NCBI GenBank assembly: GCA_963782115.1
Contig: CAWAIK010000003.1
Location: forward strand, 448,001 to 512,000
Reading direction: 5' to 3'
DNA from: an uncultured Verrucomicrobiae bacterium
GTDB taxonomy: Bacteria; Verrucomicrobiota; Verrucomicrobiia; Chthoniobacterales; JAFAMB01
DNA length: 64,000 nucleotides
A program made the position numbers and the translations under genes. Below the pieces are notes generated by a model that did no database searches, was not told the DNA's origin, and saw nothing but the letters and a program-made list of their open reading frames with translations. Numbering within the stretch: the stretch's first letter is position 1; every line of letters starts with the position of its first letter. This document shows positions 1-8,856 of the stretch, in pieces.

Positions 1-123
1 AACTCCCATGTTTTAACAACTTTCCTTTAATTTTTTTAGGCTTGTTCCAACTTGTTCGGATGCTGCTCTTGAGTCGGCCCTATTTATCAACAAGGAACTG
101 CTTATAGCGTGGAACCGAACTGA

Positions 124-369
124 TTAAGTAACGAAGAGGTCAAAGAAGGTCTCTGACCTCTTAGGAACAAATCCCCAGTCAAAAGGATAAGACAAACCTA
201 AGGGTAAGGAATGAGCGACCGTGAAAGCTCCTAGCATGATTTCATACTTGAGCTTTACCAGCGAACCCTTAGGCGCTTCCACAACGGCGTGAACGGCACC
301 GTCCTCGCTGTACCTCGGCAAATTGGATAGAAGATGAGGATCTTTGTTTTTCATTCTTTCGGAATTCAA
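124..369 (-). pseudogene. Truncated inorganic pyrophosphatase (N-terminal part only)
   Basis: VHAVVEAPKGSLVKLKYE...SYPFDWGFVP matches the family I PPase N-terminus; the frame ends before the DGDPLD motif. Confidence 0.75.
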
Positions 370-872
370 CTTTTGGCTCTAGGACTGCCGCCGTGTCGGC
401 GTCTGGTGCCCAGTTTTTGAGTCCAAGGAAAAAGATACCACAAGCCAATGAACATCAGGATCGTAACGACACCGACAGCGGCGCTCAACGTCGAGTTGTC
501 CAGGATGAATCGAGTAAGGAGGAACAGATCTATCGTAATGCTGAGCATCAGCGGAAGCATGGCGCACTCCAGAAAACGAGAAGCAAGTTCAACAAAACGG
601 CGTGAGACCATTCCTCTCTCCGCGATCCGATGATACGCGGCCGGAGTCATGATAAGGGCAATTGAAACGGCCAACAAAAGGAGAGCAATTAGGTGAAGAA
701 GCTGTTCTGTATGCGTGAGATCTTGGAAACGATTATTAAAGACAGCAATTAACTGAAAACCGAAAAATGCCTGGATGCCGGGAAGGACCATTCTGGCTTC
801 TTCGATCACCGTTCTTGTTTCTTCTTCGAGGCTCGCTGGCCGAGCTGCGGACTGCTGATATTCGGGTGGCAT
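366..872 (-). CDS. DUF6328-like membrane protein
   Basis: EEARMVLPGIQAFFGFQLIAVFN and LIMTPAAYHR motifs; four hydrophobic segments. Confidence 0.7.
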   Translation of the reverse strand: MPPEYQQSAARPASLEEETRTVIEEARMVLPGIQAFFGFQLIAVFNNRFQDLTHTEQLLHLIALLLLAVSIALIMTPAAYHRIAERGMVSRRFVELASRFLECAMLPLMLSITIDLFLLTRFILDNSTLSAAVGVVTILMFIGLWYLFPWTQKLGTRRRHGGSPRAKS

Positions 873-1105
873 TCTGAGTCTTCGTTCTATTCGCCCACGA
901 TTCCTACTGAAATGCAACACTCACCTGACAATCCTTCAAAGAACCTCGATCCGTCACCGATTCGTTACGAGTTTCGCGCCCAAGGAGGCGGACGCCGGCG
1001 AAGAAACCGGAAGGATGAGCCCCTAAATGCGTCAGAGCACCCAATTTTGGCATCACGGTTCATTGGCGAGCACCGCTTGACTTCATGCAAGATACATTGA
1101 TTTAA

Positions 1106-1705
1106 TTGCGTATCGATCTCTCAACGCAAAAATTGCAGGAATTGTGCGCTGTCTTGAATGAGTTCGCTTTGCCCAGAGCAATTGTGGATTTCGAGCGCCA
1201 TTCGTTTGTAGCTTGGAATCCAAGATTTCTTGAGGATACGGGCTTTTCCGAAGACGAACTGAGAACTTCCAAAGCGGACGAATTGCTCACTTTTGGGGAA
1301 TCTTGGTTTCCGCTTTCAGACGAGAAAGAAGGGCAGACAGTCGAATATGTTGCCTGCGCCGCGAGTCGTCCTTTTGGAGGGCGTTCCGCACCGGGATTTG
1401 CAGTCAGGTCTCATGGCAAAATCTGTTACGTGATGCTCAATGTTTTCGACTCTCCGTCTGCACAATTTGAGCAGGGCCGGAACGTGGGCCGAGAAGAAGA
1501 ACGTAACCGAGTCATTGAGACCTTTCATGAGGAAGTTTCTTCTTCAATAATCGCGGCTCTCTTCCTGATTGAAACGGCTAAAAGCGAACTAGAAGAGGCG
1601 GGGTTGCCCCAAGCCGGGGCCGTTGCAAAAGCGTCAGACATTCTCGCCGAAACCACCGAGAAAATAGCGCACGTGATCGGAAAAGAAGGCCGAAATTCAG
1701 GGTAA
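1106..1705 (+). CDS. PAS-like protein with a C-terminal HisKA_3-like helix and no ATPase domain
   Basis: FVAWNPRFLEDTGFSEDEL is PAS-like; EEERNRVIETFHEEVSS resembles the ERxRIARELHD H-box; TTG start. Confidence 0.55.
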   Translation: MRIDLSTQKLQELCAVLNEFALPRAIVDFERHSFVAWNPRFLEDTGFSEDELRTSKADELLTFGESWFPLSDEKEGQTVEYVACAASRPFGGRSAPGFAVRSHGKICYVMLNVFDSPSAQFEQGRNVGREEERNRVIETFHEEVSSSIIAALFLIETAKSELEEAGLPQAGAVAKASDILAETTEKIAHVIGKEGRNSG

Positions 1706-1713
1706 ACCGCTGC

Positions 1714-2106
1714 TCAGTCGTTGAGCACTGTCAGAATCATATCCAGTAACTTGTCTGGAGTGAATGGCTTCGGCAAACAGCCCTGGAATCCGGCATCCAG
1801 TATGCGAGCGCGATCTGCTTGCGAGACGAAGCTGGTCATACCGATCATCGGTACACTGCCTACACCATCGGGACCAAATGCTCGTATTTGACGCAGCAAC
1901 TCGAAGCCGTCCATGCCAGGCATTTTAATGTCGGACACCACCAAATCCGGATGGTTCTCTCTTATCGCCTCAAGGCCCTCGAACCCATTTCTTGCCGTCA
2001 CGACCCTTGCACCCAAGTGACGCAAGAACATGCCCAGATACCTTCGGGCGTCATCATGATCTTCGACCACGACAACCGTGAGATTGTTGAGACGGTTGGG
2101 GGACAT
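1714..2106 (-). CDS. Single-domain response regulator (CheY-like)
   Basis: VVEDHDD, PDLVVSDIKMPGMDG and LPKPF receiver motifs. Confidence 0.92.
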   Translation of the reverse strand: MSPNRLNNLTVVVVEDHDDARRYLGMFLRHLGARVVTARNGFEGLEAIRENHPDLVVSDIKMPGMDGFELLRQIRAFGPDGVGSVPMIGMTSFVSQADRARILDAGFQGCLPKPFTPDKLLDMILTVLND

Positions 2107-2609
2107 AAGGCCAGCCCATTACGATGTCTTGCCCATTGTTAAGTTCGTCCAGATAGCACTCAGCGGATGTTCCAAATGCCAAATTTTTTCTTTACCACAA
2201 TTATTGGAGATTCGAGCGGAGTTTTCGCTGGCTCCCTCCTTAAAAATCGGTGCAAGTATCATCGACCGGATCATTAGTGAAGGATTCGGAGGTGATCGAA
2301 GGCAGAATGTGACAAGGACCTTGCCATTACGGAGTAATCGACATGGCCCATATGTTCGCTTGAACATGCCCGATTGAGGCTCAAACCGGACGTTAGGATG
2401 TGCGTTCAACCAACCGGGGACAATGAGGTGTGCGCAGGGGATCACCGGCGGTATTTAGCGCTTGGTAATCCAGGCCCGTTGTCAATAAATCCAGCACAGA
2501 TCCGGTGATTCAGGTAACTTCTAGTACTCTGAGCTGTCTGCGGCCGTAAAATACAAACGCAGACCACGTTTTTGCTGTTTGGCAGTGATTGCGACCATAA
2601 CCTGATGCT

Positions 2610-2963
2610 ATGCCATCCCCAGACATTTACGTGCAAATGACTGTTACCGCGCATGACCGTGCATCTGGACATCCTTCCGACAGTCCCCAAACAGTGATCG
2701 TCGAAGTGCCCAGCGCCCGGATCGAAAGGTATCGGAAACAATCGCCATATGCAGGCGAAGCCACCGACGAACAGCTTGCCGAATATCTTGCAGGCGAAAT
2801 CGGTCCGCACGTGTTGGCAAGGACTGGCTTCCACCAATCCGGGCGTTGGTGTATCGATTCCATCGCACTTCCCAAACGCCCACAATGGATCGAAGCGCGC
2901 CAATCCGATTTCAGTTATGACAGCATGAAGGCGTGGCTGCCGACGCGCCAGTCCTTCGTTTAG
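2610..2963 (+). CDS. Hypothetical protein
   Basis: 117-aa ATG ORF with protein-like composition; no motif recognised. Confidence 0.5.
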   Translation: MPSPDIYVQMTVTAHDRASGHPSDSPQTVIVEVPSARIERYRKQSPYAGEATDEQLAEYLAGEIGPHVLARTGFHQSGRWCIDSIALPKRPQWIEARQSDFSYDSMKAWLPTRQSFV

Positions 2964-3019
2964 GGATTCTCCAGCTCAGGAAGAAGAGATTGCTCGGGCT
3001 TTATCCAACTCGCCGTAGT

Positions 3020-5695
3020 CTACGGTTGTGAATCCACCTCGGATTTCAGGGCAAACGGGCCTGACAACGGGAGATCCTGTGACGAGCCGCCAACCAGGAT
3101 CTTGTAAGTACCGGCTTGTGCGTCCCACAAATGTTTGGTGGTATTAAAGAATGCAAAAGAACGCTGGTCCAGATCGAGGGTTACTTTTCTCGACTGGCCG
3201 GGCCGCAAAAACACTTTCTCAAACCCCTTTAACTCTTTGATGGGCCGATCTATTGGCGAGTTTACGGGGGCAACATAGAGTTCGGCGATTTCTGCTCCGG
3301 CACGCGGGCCGGTATTGCTGACCGTAAAGGTTACTTTTACGAGGCCGTGATCTTCGTTGTCGTCCTCAACTTTGCTCGCCGGAAAACTAATTCTGGCAAG
3401 AGGTTGTTCCTGGCTTTCATCCTCTTTCCCATTGAGAGGCTCGATGTCTAGATCCGAATAAGCAAACGTTGTATAGGACAATCCATATCCAAACGGGAAT
3501 TGGGGCTCAATCTGGTTTTTCTCATATCCACGATATCCCACATATATCCCTTCGGTGTACTGAATCGTTGAGGCGTTGCTGACCAGAGGGTAGTTGGTGG
3601 TTGTCGGATTATCCTGTAAATGTTTCTCCAATGTCACCGGCAGCTTGCCGGAAGGATTTACGTCAGCGAAGAGAATCTGAGCCAGTGCGAGCCCACCGTT
3701 CTCCCCGGGATACCAGGCGTGAATCAGGCCGGGGACCGCATTGATCCATTTTTGCATGTCGAAATTGCTTGGGCCATGCAAGACGACGATCGTTCGCGGA
3801 TTTTGGGTAACTACGCTTTGAACTAATTCATCCTGATATTCAGGTAATATGAGGGCCTGTTCGAGGACGCTTAAGCCTTGGTCTTCGAATTTGAACGATA
3901 GGTCGAGACCTTCTCCATCGTATTCATTGTCAATCCCCTGACACATCACTACGGCGTCATAGGTTGAGATGAGCGGCGGTACTACCAATGGCGTCCAACT
4001 AAGCTGAACACCTTGCAGTGCTCCACTATCGCCAGCGAACCCGCTGGTCCGATGATACTCCAACCGCACCGCGTAGGCCTGACCGGCTTGCAAATAGATC
4101 TTTGTGAAGGTGGGAATGGTCGTTCCATAGACCGGGGGCGGCATCGGAGAAAGGAATGTGTCGATTACGAGTTGCCCATTGACATAAAGGCGAACTCCTC
4201 CGTCGGCGCGGACCTTGAACAGGTGATCCCCCGTATATTGGGGGCGTACCCGACCCGTCCAGCGAGCAGAAAAGGTCGCCTGGTTTTTTGATACAGGAAC
4301 TGCGCCTGCCATGGTCCAATCAAAATTCACCTCGCGATCGACTCGGGTCACATCCGGTGAGCCCGACAGATCACTGCTGTTGAAGTATTGAGCCTGAAGA
4401 CCGGCTTCAATAAAACCCGCCGAATCGAGAAAGTCCCAGACCGCAGTCGCTGGATTGGGCGTTCCTGCATCAAAAAAATCGACTCTGACTTTCTGACCAG
4501 CCTGGTATTGAATCCCGTTCAGTTCACTGACATAGTTGAGGACCTTCACGAAGGAGCTGCCAAATCCGGTTGGCGGCACCCCTGGAGCCATCCGGCCCAA
4601 GACAGCAATCGAGCGAATCTTGTTTCGATCCAGCGGCAGAATGTTTCGATCGTTCTTCAGGAGGACAATCCCTTCCTGGGCTTCATAAAGAGCCTCAAGT
4701 TCACTATTGGGATCATCCAAGGGGATCGAACTATCCAGTTGCGGACGGTCCAGGAACCCGAACGACACGATCTTCCGCAAAAGGCGGCGCACCTTATCGT
4801 CGATGTTTGAAAGCGGGATCAAAGGAGTTTGACCACCCGTGATATGCGGAAGTAAGTTGGTGCTGTTCATAAACATGCCGTTGGGCATATCCAAGTCCAT
4901 CCCTGCCTCCGCAGCTAGCACACCGTCTTTGATCGATTGGTAATCAGACATTAAGATCCCATCGAAATCCCATTCCTGCTTAAGAATCTGCGTGTCGAGA
5001 ATTGGGTTCTGAGAGCAAAAGGCACCGTTTTCTGAGTTAAACGCGGCCATGACGGTAGCGGCGTCTCCCCGCGTAACCGCCGCCTCAAATGGAGGCAAAT
5101 AGATTTCGCGCAAGGCACGTTCCGTAACTTCGATATCAATATTTTCCCTCCTATATTCTTGATCATTGCAAACGAAGTGCTTCACGTTTGCCCAGACACC
5201 TTGTTGCTGCATAGCCTCGACCAACGGAACCACAAGCTGGCTGCCGAGATAGGGATCTTCTCCGGTGCTATATTCGAAGTCACGCCCACCTAAGGGGGTA
5301 CGGTAAAAATCTATCCCAGGACCTAAATCAGCATAAAAGCCACGAGCCCTGGCATCTTGCCCGATCTGTCTTCCGCGTCCGCGCGCTCGGTCCGGATTCC
5401 AGGTAGCGGCGAGCGCCAATCCCGCTGGATATCTTGTCGTGGGCTCGAACGGCTGGTGAGCAATACCCAAAGGCCCATTCTCCATAAAAATTTGTGGCAA
5501 GCCTAGTCTCGGAATCGGTTTGATATCCCAAAAACCGGTACCCCCGATATAGCTAAGCTTTTCGTCCAGGGTCATTTGGTTGAGGATATTTTCTACCCTT
5601 AGTTCTACATTCTCTTTGCTCTGTTCACCGCGCACCGTTAGTACGCAGATAAATAACCCGGCCAGAGTGGCTACACTGAGTTTAGCTATTTTCAT
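3020..5695 (-). CDS. Secreted GH3 beta-glucosidase with PA14 and Fn3-like domains
   Basis: Signal peptide; KHFVCNDQE, GILMSDY nucleophile motif and IVLLKND; PA14 insert FSARWTG...ADGGVRLYVNG; FPFGYGLSYTTF; KELKGF. Confidence 0.93.
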   Translation of the reverse strand: MKIAKLSVATLAGLFICVLTVRGEQSKENVELRVENILNQMTLDEKLSYIGGTGFWDIKPIPRLGLPQIFMENGPLGIAHQPFEPTTRYPAGLALAATWNPDRARGRGRQIGQDARARGFYADLGPGIDFYRTPLGGRDFEYSTGEDPYLGSQLVVPLVEAMQQQGVWANVKHFVCNDQEYRRENIDIEVTERALREIYLPPFEAAVTRGDAATVMAAFNSENGAFCSQNPILDTQILKQEWDFDGILMSDYQSIKDGVLAAEAGMDLDMPNGMFMNSTNLLPHITGGQTPLIPLSNIDDKVRRLLRKIVSFGFLDRPQLDSSIPLDDPNSELEALYEAQEGIVLLKNDRNILPLDRNKIRSIAVLGRMAPGVPPTGFGSSFVKVLNYVSELNGIQYQAGQKVRVDFFDAGTPNPATAVWDFLDSAGFIEAGLQAQYFNSSDLSGSPDVTRVDREVNFDWTMAGAVPVSKNQATFSARWTGRVRPQYTGDHLFKVRADGGVRLYVNGQLVIDTFLSPMPPPVYGTTIPTFTKIYLQAGQAYAVRLEYHRTSGFAGDSGALQGVQLSWTPLVVPPLISTYDAVVMCQGIDNEYDGEGLDLSFKFEDQGLSVLEQALILPEYQDELVQSVVTQNPRTIVVLHGPSNFDMQKWINAVPGLIHAWYPGENGGLALAQILFADVNPSGKLPVTLEKHLQDNPTTTNYPLVSNASTIQYTEGIYVGYRGYEKNQIEPQFPFGYGLSYTTFAYSDLDIEPLNGKEDESQEQPLARISFPASKVEDDNEDHGLVKVTFTVSNTGPRAGAEIAELYVAPVNSPIDRPIKELKGFEKVFLRPGQSRKVTLDLDQRSFAFFNTTKHLWDAQAGTYKILVGGSSQDLPLSGPFALKSEVDSQP

Positions 5696-5907
5696 TTGAG
5701 GCTTCTTCTCGCCGAAGAATGGATCGCGGCGTTGCGTTAAAAATTTCCTGGTTACCCCACTACACGAAGATGGATTTCGGCCCAAACCTTGCAAATTTAC
5801 AATACTATTTTTGTTTTGTTACCATTGCTTTTGACTATGGCGATCCACCGGCAACCCATTTTCAACGCGACCCTCCGGGCCGCGGCCGGTCGGCTGTTTT
5901 TCCGCGT

Positions 5908-6135
5908 ATGAAAAAACAATATTCCGCCCTTGCTGTTTTTCTTTTGGCGTTAGGAGCATTAGCTACTCAATCGTGCGAGTCTACAGACGGTCGTGATTCA
6001 TATTATAACCGAGGCCCTTCCGGCTACTACCACGATGGTCGTTACGCTGAAGACACTGGCTATTATCACGAACGTCGTTACAACAATGGTGACAGCTACG
6101 AGTCGGATCGCCCCACGATCAACCTGCATTTTTGA
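5908..6135 (+). CDS. Small lipoprotein
   Basis: MKK, a hydrophobic stretch and a TQSC lipobox-like end, then a Y/D/G/R-rich tail. Confidence 0.55.
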   Translation: MKKQYSALAVFLLALGALATQSCESTDGRDSYYNRGPSGYYHDGRYAEDTGYYHERRYNNGDSYESDRPTINLHF

Positions 6136-6600
6136 TCAGATGTCGTTGGCGATCGGCGTTGATTATTCAAGAGAAAGCAAGTCAGAAAGAAACCCTTTTA
6201 GATTATAGTCACTCTCAGGCTCTTGAGAGAGCGCTTCGGAAAAGAAGCGCTCTTTGCCGTGCAGAGTTGAGACAGTCTCTTCGAGGCTTCGTGCAAAGTT
6301 GATCGAAACCCGACGGGCCAAAAGCAGGGTATCTGTTTAGCGCGGTGTAGGACCTCTCCCAATCGTCCGAACTGTGAATAAATTTGTAAAAAACGTTAAC
6401 GGACCAGCTCAGATGTCTCGATCTTTGAACGTTGTCGGCAATCGGCGCGTTTCCCCCGTCCATAGAAGTCGAGAACGACGACGATTACGATTTCAGAACA
6501 AGAGGACGAGTGGGGATTAAGGGGCGTTTCATTCGTTGCTGATCGAGATTTAGACAATGCAGGCCCACATGCCTCCGATGGCGATTAAAGACAGTGACTC

Positions 6601-6709
6601 TTTGTGATCTTTGCGATCTTCTGTTCAAAAATGACTTTTGCTTTTTTTCTGTCTTAGTGCCGGGGACGAAGAAAAATCATTTGCACAGAAGATCACAAAG
6701 GTCACAAAG
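6601..6709. repeat. Intergenic inverted repeat built from 9-bp periodic units
   Basis: TTTGTGATC-TTTGCGATC-TTCTGT at 6601 is complementary to ACAGAA-GATCACAAA-GGTCACAAAG ending at 6709. Confidence 0.8.
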
Positions 6710-6765
6710 ACAATCCTTTCGATAGAAACGGCCTACGCCCGGAGCCACATCTAAGCCCCCGATCA

Positions 6766-6931
6766 GTGCCAAAGGCCCAGTAAATCCCGGGAACTGCTTG
6801 AACCCCACGAAGGCGATAAACGTTATGTCCGCCGCAAGGCGGACGGCACCTTTGGAAAAACCGTCGATGTCGGCAAATCGCTTTCTGCCGACAAACGCAC
6901 CGGGGCCAAAACGAAGGTCCCTAAAGGTCAG
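6766..6931 (+). pseudogene. Remnant of a small basic conserved protein (RELxEP..GDKRYVRR family)
   Basis: The frame from 6779 reads SKSRELLEPHEGDKRYVRRKADGTFGKTVDVGKSLSADKRTGAKTKVPKGQ; the GTG at 6766 is out of frame; absent from the ORF track. Confidence 0.6.
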
Positions 6932-7166
6932 GCGGCCGGCGTTCTGGCGAAAATCGAGCCAGAACGAATCATCAATTTTATGACGCTCACGCAATTGAAA
7001 AAATGGCTCGATGGTCTTCGCGCCAGTTGAAGTGACCCGGCCTCCGGCGGGGAACCCCGGCACTGATGAGTTATTCTTATTTTTCGCGAGACGCCCAGGG
7101 ACCCCGGTCGCTATCGCTGTCAGTAATTATGGTATTTATAAAACTTGGTTTCTAGGCTAAAACTCC

Positions 7167-7195
7167 TTGACAAATCCGCGTTCCCTCCTCACTTT
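7167..7195 (+). promoter_or_regulatory. Putative sigma70 promoter of rpoZ-smpB
   Basis: TTGACA (7167-7172), a 17-bp spacer, then CACTTT (7190-7195). Confidence 0.5.
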
Positions 7196-7243
7196 CCTCC
7201 TCCCTCTGCCATCGGCATTCTGTCGGGTAGAGGTAGCCTAACT

Positions 7244-7459
7244 ATGTCCAGCCAACTTCTTGAGGAAGCTTCCAAAATCATTCCCAACACCGCTTTGCTG
7301 GTGAATCTCGTGTCCAAGCGCGTGCGGCAGTTGACCATGGGTCATCGCCCCCTCGTCGAAGTTGGACCGCGGATGTCCAACGCGGATGTCGCGTTGAAAG
7401 AAATTATTGACGGCAAACTCACCTATGAGTTCCAGCCGGAACCAGCCGCCAAGGTCTAG
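7244..7459 (+). CDS. rpoZ: RNA polymerase omega subunit
   Basis: IIPNTALLVNLVSKRVRQL...PLV...DVALKEIIDGKL. Confidence 0.9.
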   Translation: MSSQLLEEASKIIPNTALLVNLVSKRVRQLTMGHRPLVEVGPRMSNADVALKEIIDGKLTYEFQPEPAAKV

Positions 7460-7505
7460 AGGATCCTTCGAGTGCCCTGGCACTAACCTCTCGCGGTAGT
7501 GACTT

Positions 7506-7967
7506 ATGTCCGCTGAGATCGCTTCCAACCGCCGCGCCTTCCACAACTATCAGATTCTCGAACGGATAGAGGCTGGCATCCAACTGCAGGGAACGGAGGT
7601 TAAATCAATCCGAGCCGGCTTGGCGAACCTCAATAACGCCTTTGCGCGAGTCGACAACGGCGAGGTTTATCTCTACGACGCAGATATTCAGCCGTACGAA
7701 CGCGCGAGCCATACCCAGCACGAACCAAAACGCCACCGCAAACTCCTGCTCCACAAGTCGGAGATTGCCAAACTATTTTCCGCCAGCGCGGTGGAGGGCC
7801 AGACACTTGTGGCGCTCCGGCTGTACTGGAAAAACAGCCGCGTGAAAGTCGAAATCGGCGTGGGGCGAGGAAAGTCGACCATCGACAAACGGCACGACCT
7901 CAAAGAGAAAGCTGTCAAAAGAGAAACCGATCGCGCCATGTCCGCATTCAACCGCCGGCACGGATGA
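7506..7967 (+). CDS. smpB: SsrA-binding protein
   Basis: IASNRRAFHNY, EAGIQLQGTEVKSIR, RKLLLHKSEI and DKRHDLK motifs. Confidence 0.97.
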   Translation: MSAEIASNRRAFHNYQILERIEAGIQLQGTEVKSIRAGLANLNNAFARVDNGEVYLYDADIQPYERASHTQHEPKRHRKLLLHKSEIAKLFSASAVEGQTLVALRLYWKNSRVKVEIGVGRGKSTIDKRHDLKEKAVKRETDRAMSAFNRRHG

Positions 7968-8063
7968 GTACGCCCATACGGCAAACGCCGCAGGTTAACC
8001 GTCTCGCTTTGTCCTAAAGAAACAAACGGGACGCGTCCCCGACACGTCGATACGCTGCTCCAC

Positions 8064-8642
8064 CTACCTTCGGCTTGGAAATTTAGCAAGAATCTGGTCC
8101 ACAGCTTCCTTCGCCAAGGCCTGAAGTTTCTTCCCCGACTGTTTCAGATCAACTTTAGTCTTCGCCCAACCTCGCCACAAAAGTACCTTCTTCTTCGGAT
8201 CGACGAAATCGATGACCAGAGTGCCTTTGGACGCCTCTCCAGGGTGATTCGGATCCTGAAATCGTGCAAGGTCCGCTTGAGCCGCCTGGCCTGCCGTCAT
8301 CTCATAACCTAAATAATTGTCCAGAGTCGTCACACTCTCGTTGTCCACCAGCACGATGTGGAAGGCGACCAAAAGATCGGTTTGGCGATTCGGGAAAAAG
8401 CGATATCCCTTTGCATTCAGCGCTGTGAGAATGTCTTGGCTAATCAGAGCGCGCCAATCAAGACCGCTCGAAACCGCTTCTCTGGCCGCCTGGCTCTTGT
8501 CCGGGACAAATCGAAACGTTGAACGCCGCGCAAAGTTAGCGTTGGGAGCTTGTTCGCTGCCGGTTTCAAATTTCGTGACACAACCCGCAAACGCCAGGGC
8601 TAACAAAATGCCCACAAAAAATCGGAAATACGTATAGCTCAT
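8064..8642 (-). CDS. DUF4136-like lipoprotein
   Basis: FAGC lipobox; GTLVIDFVD...LLWRGWA...AVDQILAKFP C-terminus. Confidence 0.8.
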   Translation of the reverse strand: MSYTYFRFFVGILLALAFAGCVTKFETGSEQAPNANFARRSTFRFVPDKSQAAREAVSSGLDWRALISQDILTALNAKGYRFFPNRQTDLLVAFHIVLVDNESVTTLDNYLGYEMTAGQAAQADLARFQDPNHPGEASKGTLVIDFVDPKKKVLLWRGWAKTKVDLKQSGKKLQALAKEAVDQILAKFPSRR

Positions 8643-8856
8643 ACCAGAATAAAATTGCACCGGGATCATTTGCCTGATGTTGCCGTCTCTTAAACCCAGA
8701 CCCCTCGTGATTGTCAAGCGCGGAGCAGAATGTGGATTGTTGTCGATTGTCTCGCCAATCGTTATCTTGTCGTCGTTATCGTGGTCGGCTTCTTTGGAAG
8801 GTTCAGCAGCTTCACTCAGCTCAACCCGTTTTAGCCGGAAACGGTCAAGGATTCCG

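Noticed and set aside
7968..8063. tmRNA next to smpB
   Set aside because: The gap is under 100 bp and has no tRNA-like ends
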